NCBI GenBank assembly: GCA_963845865.1
Contig: CAWJTT010000005.1
Span: 11,315-75,314 of the forward strand
Direction: 5' to 3'
DNA: 64,000 bases
Source of the DNA: an uncultured Actinomycetes bacterium
GTDB taxonomy: Bacteria > Actinomycetota > Thermoleophilia > Gaiellales > JALYLC01
The position numbers were made by a program, and so were the translations under genes. Shown here piece by piece: positions 1 through 8,846 of this stretch (the first letter of the stretch is position 1; each line of letters starts with the position of its first letter). A model generated the notes under the pieces. The model saw nothing but the letters and a program-made list of their open reading frames with translations. It had not been told where the DNA came from and ran no database searches.

Positions 1-1921
1 AGATCACCTTGAACTTGCAGCCCCTGGCGAGCACGGTGATCCGGGCCTTGCTGATCGTCTTGCCCGTGATCTTCGGGACGATGCACCGCTTGACGACCTT
101 CTTCTTCTTGGCCGTTGCGGGCGTGGTGCCGCCGCCGGAGGCCTTGCCGCCGGTCGTGGCAGCGCCGGTCGCGCCGACGGCGCCGCCGGCAGCGGCGGTG
201 CCGGCCGTCGTGAAGACGACGTCGTCGCCGCCGTCCGAGCCGGGCGCGCTGGCGATGACGATGCGCGCGTGATAGGTGGTGCCGGTAGCAAGACCGGAGA
301 CGATGCCCTGGACGTTGACATCGTCCAGTGATGCCGGAAGGGCCTGGGCCACGGTGTGGGCGCCGTAGGCGGTGGTCGTGCCGTACTCGATCCACCAGGT
401 GCTGGCGGAGCCGTTGGTATTGACGATGCCGCTGATGCGGGCCGACGTGCCGGTGACCTGATCCGCGCCCATGGTCGACGCAGCGGGCAGCGGTAGTGGC
501 GGAGGCGAGCCGACCGCGAAGTAGCGCGCAGCCACGGTGGCCAGGCCGGCCGGGTCGGTCAGGCGGCCCGAGACGTCGATCATGCCCTGGGGACTCAGGG
601 CCATGCCTGTGATGTAACCATTGACGGCGGGCGCGCCGAACGGCGTGACGACCTGGCCGCTCGGGCCGAATCCGGGGTCGTGCGCGCCGGTTTGGGCGTT
701 GAAGCGTGTCATGCCGAAGGCAGACTTGCCGGCGAGGTTGGCGCCGCCTCCGACGATGACGTTGGTCGCCTGGAAGATCAGCGCCTGGCCGGTGTTGTTG
801 CCACCGCTGACCTTGGCCTGGGCGATGCCGCCGGCGCCGAAGCCGCCGACGAGGGCGCCGTTCGTGTCGACGCGCGCGGCCAGCATCCGGCGAGCGTCCG
901 CCGTGCCGCCGAGCGTCTCGCCTGCGGCGTACGCATCCGTGCCCTGCAGCTTGATGGCGTGCAGGTTGACGTTCTGAATCGGCAGGCGACCCGCGACGGG
1001 GACGATACTGCCGGCGCCGAGCGGGTTGAAGGTCGTGTCGAGACCGGCGCCTGCCGCGGGGAAGCGGAGCAGCCAGGCGGCGTTGCCCGCAGCGACGTTG
1101 GCATCTGGGCCGTTGGTGGTCGCCACGACGTAGCGGTTGTCCGGGAGCGCCGCCACGCCCTCGTAGTAGCGGCCCGCCAGCGTGGCATCGGTGACGGTTC
1201 CGTCGTGCAGGAGTCCGTCGATCTGGACGCCTGCGGAACCCTGCTCGGGCACTGCAGTGCTGCCACACGCTGTGGCGCTGACGCCGTTTGCCGGGAGCGT
1301 CACGACGGCGCGCTGGCCGTAGAGGACGGCCGCCGTCGGCGGGACAGCCACGGTCGGCCAGCGATCGCGGGCGTAGCCCACGAGCACGACGCTGCCGTTC
1401 GGGCGTACCGACACGGCGCGTGCGGTGTAGTCGATCAGGTGCGGCGCGAAGCAGACGGCGGCGGCGCTGAAGGCCCCGTTGGCGGTGAAGCGCGCGGCTA
1501 CCATCGACTGCGACGCGCCGAAGCCGGCGACGATGATGTTGCCGCCGGCATCCTGCGTCATTGCGGTTGCACCGCTGTTGCCAGGCGCGCTACCTGCGGT
1601 GCCGGCGAACTGTGCCGTGGCGAATCCGTTGACCCCGAACGACGTGTCCAGGGCGCCGCCGGGCGTGTAGCGCGCGAGCGTCATGAAGCCGCCGCGCGAG
1701 CCGCCGATGACGACGCTGCCGTTGGCCTGCACGATCATCGGGATGCGCGTGTCCGTGTTGTTGAACACGGTGCCCTCGGCCACGGTCCCCACGTGGTACC
1801 CGGTGCCGTTGAACGTCGGGTCGAGCTGTCCGTCGGCCAATGCGGCGGCCGGGATGGCGAGGCTGCCGAGGGTGAGCGCCAGGGTGGCAGCGAACGTGCG
1901 CCACCTTCGCCGTCGGTACAT
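1..1921 (-). CDS. secreted delta-60-repeat protein; the C-terminal end runs off the window start
   Basis: ATG at 1921-1919 is followed by the signal peptide MYRRRRWRTFAATLALTLGSLAIPAAALA. Recurring G-x-LD-x-[ST]-F-[GN] units (DGQLDPTFNGTG, GGALDTSFGVNG, AGLDTTFNPLG, GAHDPGFGPSG) resemble delta-60 repeats. The frame stays open to nt 1, which explains its absence from the ORF track. The distal part carries GIVNTNGSASTWWIEYGTTTAYG, a KKKK linker and a PASTA-like CIVPKITGKTISKARITVL. Confidence 0.75.
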   Translation of the reverse strand, partial: MYRRRRWRTFAATLALTLGSLAIPAAALADGQLDPTFNGTGYHVGTVAEGTVFNNTDTRIPMIVQANGSVVIGGSRGGFMTLARYTPGGALDTSFGVNGFATAQFAGTAGSAPGNSGATAMTQDAGGNIIVAGFGASQSMVAARFTANGAFSAAAVCFAPHLIDYTARAVSVRPNGSVVLVGYARDRWPTVAVPPTAAVLYGQRAVVTLPANGVSATACGSTAVPEQGSAGVQIDGLLHDGTVTDATLAGRYYEGVAALPDNRYVVATTNGPDANVAAGNAAWLLRFPAAGAGLDTTFNPLGAGSIVPVAGRLPIQNVNLHAIKLQGTDAYAAGETLGGTADARRMLAARVDTNGALVGGFGAGGIAQAKVSGGNNTGQALIFQATNVIVGGGANLAGKSAFGMTRFNAQTGAHDPGFGPSGQVVTPFGAPAVNGYITGMALSPQGMIDVSGRLTDPAGLATVAARYFAVGSPPPLPLPAASTMGADQVTGTSARISGIVNTNGSASTWWIEYGTTTAYGAHTVAQALPASLDDVNVQGIVSGLATGTTYHARIVIASAPGSDGGDDVVFTTAGTAAAGGAVGATGAATTGGKASGGGTTPATAKKKKVVKRCIVPKITGKTISKARITVLARGCKFKVI

Positions 1922-2326
1922 CGAATGGGACACGCATCGCTCCTGGAGCCGCGTTTGACAGGGGGTCGAGCGCGGTCCCGGAGGGTCCGCCGCCTCTCCA
2001 TCCAACCCCGGTCTCCGGGGGACACCCACCCCAAGAGGTCCGAGGATCCGCTGGACGTTGGTATGGGTTGGATAGGTGGGGCCCGCCCTCGCGACACCCT
2101 CTCACCCCTGCCCCCGCGGGCCGGCGGGCCGTGCTCGGCGCTCCCCGTTCGACTGCGTCGGCGCGCCTGCTTAGGGTATCCTTATTAGGTCGTCCTAACG
2201 ATGTGCGCTGCCGACCGCCGCCACGCTCCGCCCAGCGTGGCGGCGGCCGGGAGCGCACTGCGCCGAGGGACGAGCGACGGCTCCCGATTCGATACGATCA
2301 TCGCCGTCGAAGCGGCGAGGAGAGAC

Positions 2327-2626
2327 GTGGCGGACGTACCGGAGCAACTCGGGTTCTACGAGCGCATGCTGCCCCAGCGAGAGAAGCCGCTGGACGCGCT
2401 GGGCGGCATCTTCAACGGGCTCGGAGCCGGACTGGGCATCCTCGCCCTGTGGACATGGCCGCTCCTCCTCGGCACAGCTGGGGTCGGGCTGGCAGGCATG
2501 AGCCTCGTGTTCGCACGCGAGCGCGGGATCCAGAGTCGCTTCGCCTGGGGCTTCGCGATCGCCGGCCTCGGCTGGCTGATCGGCATGATGCTCGCCGTCC
2601 AGGGCCACAAGCCGCTCAGCCCTTGA
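2327..2626 (+). CDS. small two-helix membrane protein (hypothetical)
   Basis: It is in frame with track ORF 2201..2626. GTG 2327 is preceded by GAGGAGAGAC. There are two hydrophobic segments (GLGAGLGILALWTWPLLLGTAGVGLAG and FAWGFAIAGLGWLIGMMLAV). Its TGA overlaps the ATG of the next gene (TGATG). Confidence 0.5.
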   Translation: MADVPEQLGFYERMLPQREKPLDALGGIFNGLGAGLGILALWTWPLLLGTAGVGLAGMSLVFARERGIQSRFAWGFAIAGLGWLIGMMLAVQGHKPLSP

Positions 2627-4143
2627 TGGCGTTGCTGGAGCAGGCCACTGCCTGGAACGTCTTCGAGCAGTTCGAGCGCGATGTTTGCCAGCTCGGACGG
2701 GTCGGGGGCGTGCTCAATTGGGACGAGCAGGTCAACATGCCGCCGCGCGGCGCTTCGGCCCGCGGCGAGGCCAAGGCGACGCTTGCGGGCGTGCTGCACG
2801 AGCGCATCTGCGACGAGCGCTTCGGGGACGCGATCGCCGAGCTGGGCGGCGATGCAGGCCTCGGCGCCTTCGAGGCGGCGCGCGTACGCGAGGCGCGGCG
2901 CGAGCGCGACCGAGCAGTACGTGTCCCGGCCACGCTCGTGCGCGAGCTGGCGCTTGCCGAGTCGGCGGGTTTCGAGGCCTGGCAGATCGCGCGCGCCGAG
3001 GCGGATTTCTCGCAGTTCCGGCAGCCGCTGGAGCGCCTCCTCTCGCTGCGCCGCGAGGAGGCCGACGCGGTCGGCTACGAAGGCGGCGAGCGCTATGACG
3101 CGCTGCTCGACCAGTACGAGCCCGACATGCGCGTGGCACGTCTCGAGCCGCTGCTGCACGGTCTGCGCGACGAGCTGGTGCCGTTCGTGCAGGAGATCGC
3201 CGCGCGGCCGCGGCCCGACGACGCGTTCGTGCATCGCGCGTACGCGACGCAGACCCAGCGTGCTGTCGGCGCCCGCCTGGCCGCTGCGATCGGGTTCGAC
3301 TTCGAGGCCGGGCGCCTGGACGAGGCGGCGCACCCGTTCGCCGCAGGCTTCGCGCCCGGCGACGTCCGCCTGACGACGCGCGAGCGGGAGGACGACCTCT
3401 TCGCCGGCCTCTTCGCCGTCCTGCACGAGGCCGGCCACGGTCTCTACGAGCAGGGCCTGACGGGCGCCATCGAGGGCACGTTCTGCGGCAACGTCACGTC
3501 GCTCGGCCTCCACGAGTCGCAGTCGCGCTTCTGGGAGAACATGGTCGGCCGCTCGCGGGCGTTCTGGGAGCGGCATCTGGACGAGGTCCGGCAGGCGTTC
3601 CCCGTGCAGCTGAACGACATTCCGCTCGATCAGTTCGTGCGCGCAGCCAACCTGGTCGAGCCGTCGCTGATCCGGGTCGAGGCCGACGAGGTCACGTATC
3701 ACCTGCACGTCTTCCTGCGCTTCGAGCTCGAGCTGGCGCTGGTGCGCGGATCCCTCGCGGTGGGCGACCTGCCCGACGCGTGGAACGAGCGCATGCGCAC
3801 GCTCGTCGGCATCGAGCCGCCCCACGACGGCCTCGGCGTGCTTCAGGACGTGCACTGGTCGGCGGGACTCGTCGGCTACTTCCCGACGTACACGCTCGGA
3901 ACGCTCTACTCGGGCCAGTTCCTCGAGGCCATCGAGCGAGAGCTCGGCCCCATCGAGGTCGTCATCCGAGCCGGCGAGTACGACCGGCTGCTCGGCTGGA
4001 TGCGCGAGCACGTGCACAACCGCGGCGCGCTCGTCCCGCCCGAGCAGATCGCGCGCGACGCGACCGGCGAGGTGCTCGGACACGCGGCGTTCATGCGCTA
4101 CCTGCGAACGAAGTACGGCGACCTGTACGACCTCGGAGGCTGA
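2626..4143 (+). CDS. M32 family metallocarboxypeptidase (carboxypeptidase Taq-like)
   Basis: The start is an internal Met of track ORF 2068..4143 (MALLEQATAWNVFEQ). The zinc motif HEAGHGLYE (HExxH), HPFAAGF and HESQSRFWEN are present. The product is 505 aa, typical for M32. Confidence 0.9.
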   Translation: MALLEQATAWNVFEQFERDVCQLGRVGGVLNWDEQVNMPPRGASARGEAKATLAGVLHERICDERFGDAIAELGGDAGLGAFEAARVREARRERDRAVRVPATLVRELALAESAGFEAWQIARAEADFSQFRQPLERLLSLRREEADAVGYEGGERYDALLDQYEPDMRVARLEPLLHGLRDELVPFVQEIAARPRPDDAFVHRAYATQTQRAVGARLAAAIGFDFEAGRLDEAAHPFAAGFAPGDVRLTTREREDDLFAGLFAVLHEAGHGLYEQGLTGAIEGTFCGNVTSLGLHESQSRFWENMVGRSRAFWERHLDEVRQAFPVQLNDIPLDQFVRAANLVEPSLIRVEADEVTYHLHVFLRFELELALVRGSLAVGDLPDAWNERMRTLVGIEPPHDGLGVLQDVHWSAGLVGYFPTYTLGTLYSGQFLEAIERELGPIEVVIRAGEYDRLLGWMREHVHNRGALVPPEQIARDATGEVLGHAAFMRYLRTKYGDLYDLGG

Positions 4144-4166
4144 CCGCCGGGGCGAGGGGGTGCGGG

Positions 4167-4865
4167 ATGACGACGTTCGTGCTCGTGCACGGTGCCTGGC
4201 ATGGAGGCTGGTGCTGGGAGCGCCTGATCCCCGAGCTCGAGCGGCGCGGGCACGACGCCGTCGCAATCGACCTGCCCTGCGACGACCCGGACGCGGGGTG
4301 CGCTGCCTATGCCGAGGCCGTGGTCGCCCAGACCCGCGGCGCCGGCGACGATCTCGTCGTGGTCGGCCACTCGCTCGGCGGCCTGACGATTCCGCTGGTC
4401 GCAGCCGAGCGCCCCGTGCGCAAGCTCGTCTTCCTGTGCGCACTGCTGCCGGTGCCCGGGCTCAGCCTGGTCGATCAGCTCCGCCGGGAGCCCGAGATGT
4501 TCGTGCCAGGATTCGACCAGGGCGTCGCGCGCGACGAGCTCGGCCGCTCGTACTGGCGGGACTCCGAGGACGCGATCGAGCTGCTCTTCGGCGACTGCCC
4601 GAGGCAGCTCGCCTCGTGGGCGGTGGAGCGACTGCGGCCGCAGGGGCGCGCCCCGAGCCTCGAGCCGTGCCCGCTGGCGGCATGGCCGGCGGTCGATTCC
4701 GCATCACTGCTCGCGGTCGATGACGCCGCGATCTCGCCTAAGTGGTCGCGCGCGTCGGCGCCGGCACGCCTGGGGAGTGCGGCGGTCGAGCTGCCGGGAG
4801 GGCACTCGCCGTTCCTCAGCCGCCCGGGCGAGCTTGCCGACGCGCTCGTCGCCGTGGCCATCTGA
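4167..4865 (+). CDS. alpha/beta-fold hydrolase (esterase type)
   Basis: The start is an internal ATG of track ORF 3780..4865. The N-terminus is MTTFVLVHGAWHGGWCW and the nucleophile elbow is GHSLGG. Length is 232 aa. Confidence 0.85.
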   Translation: MTTFVLVHGAWHGGWCWERLIPELERRGHDAVAIDLPCDDPDAGCAAYAEAVVAQTRGAGDDLVVVGHSLGGLTIPLVAAERPVRKLVFLCALLPVPGLSLVDQLRREPEMFVPGFDQGVARDELGRSYWRDSEDAIELLFGDCPRQLASWAVERLRPQGRAPSLEPCPLAAWPAVDSASLLAVDDAAISPKWSRASAPARLGSAAVELPGGHSPFLSRPGELADALVAVAI

Positions 4866-4892
4866 ACCTTCGAGACCCGCTGAGAAGCTCTT

Positions 4893-5837
4893 CTACGCGG
4901 CGCGCCAGCGGTTGGGCTCGACCTGGACCGCGCGGCCGAGCCGCTCGAGCCGTTCGATGTGGGCCAGCGCCTCGGCCAGCGCGAAGCGCTGCTCGTGGAA
5001 GCCCAGCGTGCCGCCCCAGACGTGTTGTGCGGCCTCGTACGCGCTGCGGGCGCCTTCCCGCAACGCCTGTTCGTGCTCGTCGAGGCGGACGACGTGGTGC
5101 ATCGCGATCTCCTGCGCGCGCACCGCGGGCCGCTCGATCACGCCGCGATGGCCGGGGTAGACCACCGAGGGAGCCAGTTCCTCGATGCGCCCGAGCGTCT
5201 GCAGGTAGCGGCTCAGCGGGTCGGGCTCGTTGTCCTCCCAGCGGCCCACGTTGGGCGTGATCTCGTCGAGCAGCACGTCGCCTCCGAACAACCGCCCGCT
5301 GTGCCGGCCGAGTAGAGCGATGTGGCCGTCGGCGTGACCCGGGAGGACGAGCACGTCGAAGGGCTCGCCGGCGAGGTCGAGGGTGTCTCCCTCGTCCACC
5401 AGCATGGTCGGCTCGACGGGCGCGATCGGAAGCTCGTCCTCCTCGCCGGCCGAGCGCTCGGCGTCGGAGAGCGGCATGCCGTGGGCCAGCAGGTAGCGCT
5501 CGAAGCGGGCTCCCGAGTCGAGATCGAGCCACGTGCGCACCGTCAGCTCGCGATCGCGGGCGCCCTGCACGATCTCCTCGACTCCGGTCAGCTCGGCCAG
5601 GCGGGTGCTCGCGCCGATGTGATCCGGGTGGTAGTGCGTGATCACGAGGCGACGGACGCGCGGGTGTCCGAGCAGTCCGAGTGCCTCTTCCCAGCGGCGG
5701 CCGGTTCCGGGGGTGCCGAGCCCGCAGTCGATCAGCGTCCAGCCCTCGGCGTCGTCGATCGCGTAGCAGTGCACGTGGTCGAGTGCCCACGGCAACGGCT
5801 GCGTGACGCGGTGGACGCCACCGCCGAGCTCCTGCAC
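4893..5837 (-). CDS. MBL-fold metallo-hydrolase
   Basis: THYHPDH (HxHxDH) and PGHADGH motifs are present. GTG 5837 was chosen because it lies 24 nt after the thyX stop. The upstream part of track ORF 4893..6314 is Arg/Gly-rich shadow and overlaps thyX. Confidence 0.85.
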   Translation of the reverse strand: MQELGGGVHRVTQPLPWALDHVHCYAIDDAEGWTLIDCGLGTPGTGRRWEEALGLLGHPRVRRLVITHYHPDHIGASTRLAELTGVEEIVQGARDRELTVRTWLDLDSGARFERYLLAHGMPLSDAERSAGEEDELPIAPVEPTMLVDEGDTLDLAGEPFDVLVLPGHADGHIALLGRHSGRLFGGDVLLDEITPNVGRWEDNEPDPLSRYLQTLGRIEELAPSVVYPGHRGVIERPAVRAQEIAMHHVVRLDEHEQALREGARSAYEAAQHVWGGTLGFHEQRFALAEALAHIERLERLGRAVQVEPNRWRAA

Positions 5838-5863
5838 CTCGAGCTCGCGCCGCGGGCGTGCGC

Positions 5864-6556
5864 TCAGGGGGCCGTCCGTCCCTGATCCACGAATGAGCCG
5901 TGCGTCACCGGCATCGCTCGCGCGAAATGGGTCTCGGCCGCCTCCGCGTAGACGCGGATCTCGTGCTGCGCAGCCGCGGCGTTGCGCAGCGAGAGGAAGT
6001 TCATCAGCGAGCGCGCGTTGACCGACCAGTAGAACTCGGTGTAGAGCCCCACGGGCAGGACGCTGCGCGCGACCTCCTTCGCCACGCCGGCATCGAGCAG
6101 CTCCTGGTAGCGGCCGTAGGACTCGGCGTAGCTCGACTCGATGCCCGCTCGCACCTCCGCGGCCGTATCGCCCGGAAGCGGCTCGAAGGTGTACGCCCCG
6201 GGCTTGCCGACCTGCGTCCGGACGGCCTCGACGGCCGGAATGTAGAACTCGTCCGGCAGCTCCGAGTAGCGCCCCGACCGCTCGTTGAAGGAGCCGATGC
6301 GGTGGCGCTGCCACTCGCGCGTCACGAACAGCGGGGCCTTGATGTGGAATCGGAAGAAGTTGTGCTCGAACGGCGTGCCATGGCGCTCGCGCATGAGGAA
6401 CCGCACGAGACCCGCGTCGCGCTCGTCCATCGCCTCGCGCCGGGTGCCGAACGACACTCGTGCGGCGTTGACGACCGAGAGGTCGTCCGCCATCACGGCG
6501 TCGAGACGTACGAAGCCGTGGTCCAGCACCTCGATGGAATCGCTCGGCCCGGCCAC
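5864..6556 (-). CDS. thyX: FAD-dependent thymidylate synthase
   Basis: QRHRIGSFNERSGRY matches the ThyX signature RHRxxSxxxxSxR. The product is 230 aa with a GTG start. Confidence 0.95.
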   Translation of the reverse strand: MAGPSDSIEVLDHGFVRLDAVMADDLSVVNAARVSFGTRREAMDERDAGLVRFLMRERHGTPFEHNFFRFHIKAPLFVTREWQRHRIGSFNERSGRYSELPDEFYIPAVEAVRTQVGKPGAYTFEPLPGDTAAEVRAGIESSYAESYGRYQELLDAGVAKEVARSVLPVGLYTEFYWSVNARSLMNFLSLRNAAAAQHEIRVYAEAAETHFARAMPVTHGSFVDQGRTAP

Positions 6557-6598
6557 GGCCCCAAGCCTAACGGGCGCCCTCGACGGGACGGCCCGTGG

Positions 6599-7207
6599 TC
6601 AGGTCAGCGGGCCCCAGAGCGCCGTGTCCTTGCCGGGCTTCGCGCTGCCGCCGGCGGGCTCGCTGGTGACCCACAACCAGCGATAGCTGTCGAGCTCCTT
6701 GCGTGGCACCCGGAAGGTGATCGTGGCCTTGCCGTTGGCGTCCGTGCTGAAGGTCCCGAGCGCGTAGCGATCGCCCGTACGCCCGAGCCACGCCTCGTAG
6801 GTGCGTCCGGAGCCGGCGCTCGGCATCTTCCACACGGTGAGCTTGATCGTGCTGTCGCCGTCACCGTGCGCGACGACGTTCGCGGATCCGCCTCCGTGAG
6901 GCGCGAAGGGACGCCCGACGAGGTCGACCTGCTGTGTGCCGCCGCCGCTGCCGTCGCGCAGGACCGCGACTGCCGGCACGATCGCGATCGCCACGACGGC
7001 GGCAGCCAGGCCCGCGAGCGCGATCGGACGCGGCCGGCGCCACGACCGGCGTGCGACCGGCGCGACAGCCTCGTCCTCGGCCGTGGGGCCGCCGTCGGGG
7101 ATCGCCAGGACGCGGCCTCGCAGCGCCTCAGGGGCAGAGGGCAGCGGGCCGGCCGCTGTCAGCATCTGCGCCACGCGCTCGAGTTCAGGTTCGAGCTGAT
7201 CGCTCAT
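6599..7207 (-). CDS. anti-sigma factor (RskA-like, single-pass membrane protein)
   Basis: It overlaps the upstream ECF sigma gene by 4 nt (ATGA). There is one TM helix (IALAGLAAAVVAIAIVPAVAV) and an extracytoplasmic C-terminal domain (TYEAWLGRTGDRYALGTFSTDANG). Confidence 0.7.
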   Translation of the reverse strand: MSDQLEPELERVAQMLTAAGPLPSAPEALRGRVLAIPDGGPTAEDEAVAPVARRSWRRPRPIALAGLAAAVVAIAIVPAVAVLRDGSGGGTQQVDLVGRPFAPHGGGSANVVAHGDGDSTIKLTVWKMPSAGSGRTYEAWLGRTGDRYALGTFSTDANGKATITFRVPRKELDSYRWLWVTSEPAGGSAKPGKDTALWGPLT

Positions 7208-7749
7208 TGCGCCCGTTCCAGGTGATGGGCGAGGCGGGCGAGCCCGCTTCGCGTCCGCGTCTTGACCGTGCCAAGTGGCAATCCCAAATGCTCCGCAATC
7301 TCGCTCTGTGTGAAGCCGTCGCTGTAGGCAAGCGCCAGCACGATACGTTCGCGCTCGGGCAGCGTGTCGAGCGCCAGCCGGAGCCGGAACGCCTCATCTG
7401 CCGCGACCGCGAGTTCCTCCGGGGTCAGGCCCTCGTCCACCGGATCGACCTCTGGTGCTGTTACGCGCAGCGCGCGCCGCCGGTTCGCATCGAGAGCGGC
7501 ATTGCGCGCCACACGGCCGATCCACGCCCCTGCCGCGCCGCGCGCCGCGTCGAACGCGTCGGCATGTCGCCAGACGGCCGCGAAGGCCTCCTGTGCGGCA
7601 TCCTCGGCCGCTTGCGGCTCGCGCAGAACGCGGAGGCACGCACCGTAGACGGCGCTCGCATACCGGTCGTACAACTCCGAGAACGCCACGCGGTCGCCCC
7701 GCGCCACGCGCGTCAGCAGCCGCTCGGCAGTCGTGGTCGTCGTGACCAT
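7204..7749 (-). CDS. ECF-type RNA polymerase sigma factor
   Basis: Sigma-70 region 2 (AEDAAQEAFAAVWRHADAFD) and the region 4 HTH (GFTQSEIAEHLGLPLGTVKTRTRSGLARL) are present. The start is the internal ATG 7749 (MVTTTTTAERLL) of track ORF 7204..7851. Confidence 0.85.
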   Translation of the reverse strand: MVTTTTTAERLLTRVARGDRVAFSELYDRYASAVYGACLRVLREPQAAEDAAQEAFAAVWRHADAFDAARGAAGAWIGRVARNAALDANRRRALRVTAPEVDPVDEGLTPEELAVAADEAFRLRLALDTLPERERIVLALAYSDGFTQSEIAEHLGLPLGTVKTRTRSGLARLAHHLERAQ

Positions 7750-7850
7750 GGCCTCACTCTGCCGATTCTCGTGCGACACGGCAAGGGTTTGGCCGCGAAA
7801 AGTCGCGGACACGCACGCTCTACGTCGCCGCGAGTCTGCCGGATTGGCCA

Positions 7851-8591
7851 CTATGGGCTCGGCGAGCGAGCGCTGTGGCCGCCGTCGACGACGAGCTGCT
7901 CGCCGGTGACGAAGTCGGCTTCGATCAGATAGACGACGGCATCCACGATGTCGTCGGGGGAGCCGAGCCGGCCGAGCGCCGTGCGCTCCGCGTGGCGCGC
8001 GCGCATCTGCTCGTCACTGCCGTCGGGCAGCAGCACCGGGCCCGGGGCCACGGCGCACACGCGCACGCCGGGGGCGAATGCGAGCGCGAGCGAGCGCGTC
8101 AGGTGCGCGAGCGCCGCCTTGGCCGCGCCGTGCGGTGCGAACGACGGCCAGGCCTCCAGCGCCGCGATGTCGGTGACGTTCACGATCACGCCACGATCGC
8201 CCATGGCGCGCCGCGCCGCCTGGGCGCAGAAGAAGCCGCCGGTGAGCGTCGCGCCGAGCGCATCGGCGAACAGGGCGGGCTCGACGTCCATCGGGTCGCA
8301 TGGGGCGAAGCCGCCCGAGGCGGCGTGCACCAGGACGTCGAGGCCGTCCAGGGCGTCCGCCGCCTGCTCGACTGCGCGCCGCGCCGCGAGGCCGTCGGCC
8401 AGGTCGGCGCCGATGGCACGGCCGCCGGCGCCCGCGTCGGCCAGCGCCGCCGCCGTCAGCTCGGCGTCCGCAGCGGAATCGTGGTAGGTGAAGGCGATCT
8501 GCGCGCCGCGCTCGCCCAGGCCGAGCGCGATGGCGCGGCCGAGGCGCCGGGCGCCTCCCGTCACGAGCACGCGGGTGCCCGCGATGTGCAC
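7851..8591 (-). CDS. short-chain dehydrogenase/reductase of the pteridine-reductase (FolM/PTR1) type
   Basis: VTGGARRLGRAI fits the PTR1/FolM signature TGx3RxG. NVTD carries Asp where classical SDRs have the catalytic Ser. HGAAK sits where YxxxK is expected. GTG start, 246 aa. Confidence 0.8.
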   Translation of the reverse strand: MHIAGTRVLVTGGARRLGRAIALGLGERGAQIAFTYHDSAADAELTAAALADAGAGGRAIGADLADGLAARRAVEQAADALDGLDVLVHAASGGFAPCDPMDVEPALFADALGATLTGGFFCAQAARRAMGDRGVIVNVTDIAALEAWPSFAPHGAAKAALAHLTRSLALAFAPGVRVCAVAPGPVLLPDGSDEQMRARHAERTALGRLGSPDDIVDAVVYLIEADFVTGEQLVVDGGHSARSPSP

Positions 8592-8595
8592 CGGC

Positions 8596-8736
8596 TCAGC
8601 CGCCCTCGAGCGTCAGCCGGAAGCCGCGGATGATCGCCTCGACGGCCTGCTGGAGGCCGAGCCCGGTCTGCGCCGCGACCTCCTCGGCGCTGCGCCCACG
8701 GCGGAAGAGCGCCCAGGCGACGAGGTCGAGCGGCAT
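8596..8736 (-). CDS. unlisted small ORF (46 aa, possible helix-turn-helix)
   Basis: It reads MPLDLVAWALFRRGRSAEEVAAQTGLGLQQAVEAIIRGFRLTLEGG. 45 of 46 sense codons end in G or C. Its stop lies 4 nt before the SDR start. An alternative GTG start is at 8754. At under 60 aa it is missing from the track. Confidence 0.4.
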   Translation of the reverse strand: MPLDLVAWALFRRGRSAEEVAAQTGLGLQQAVEAIIRGFRLTLEGG

Positions 8737-8846
8737 GATCTCGGCAGCGGCCACCGCATCGGCCGTTCGACGCCGGCCCGTCCATTCCTGCGAGGGAGGG
8801 CGCGCGGGTGATCGATTAGAGTCAGCGGGCGCCGAGCACCCGCCGA

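Noticed and set aside
680-2188. A 502-aa plus-strand ORF, together with 778..1266, 1590..2258 and 1735..2097, covering the first 2 kb.
   Set aside because: The translations are Arg/Gly/Ala-rich with no motifs. They are shadow frames of the delta-60-repeat gene on the minus strand, which has a signal peptide and repeat structure.
2356-4443. A 695-aa minus-strand ORF antisense to the M32 carboxypeptidase and hydrolase genes.
   Set aside because: It is an Arg/Pro-rich low-complexity translation. The plus-strand frame carries the HExxH and HESQSRFWEN motifs.
7793-7808. A CCGCGA-aaag-TCGCGG hairpin between the reductase and ECF sigma genes, considered as a terminator.
   Set aside because: The stem is only 6 bp, with no T tract. 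It may instead be part of the ECF promoter region, and support is too weak.
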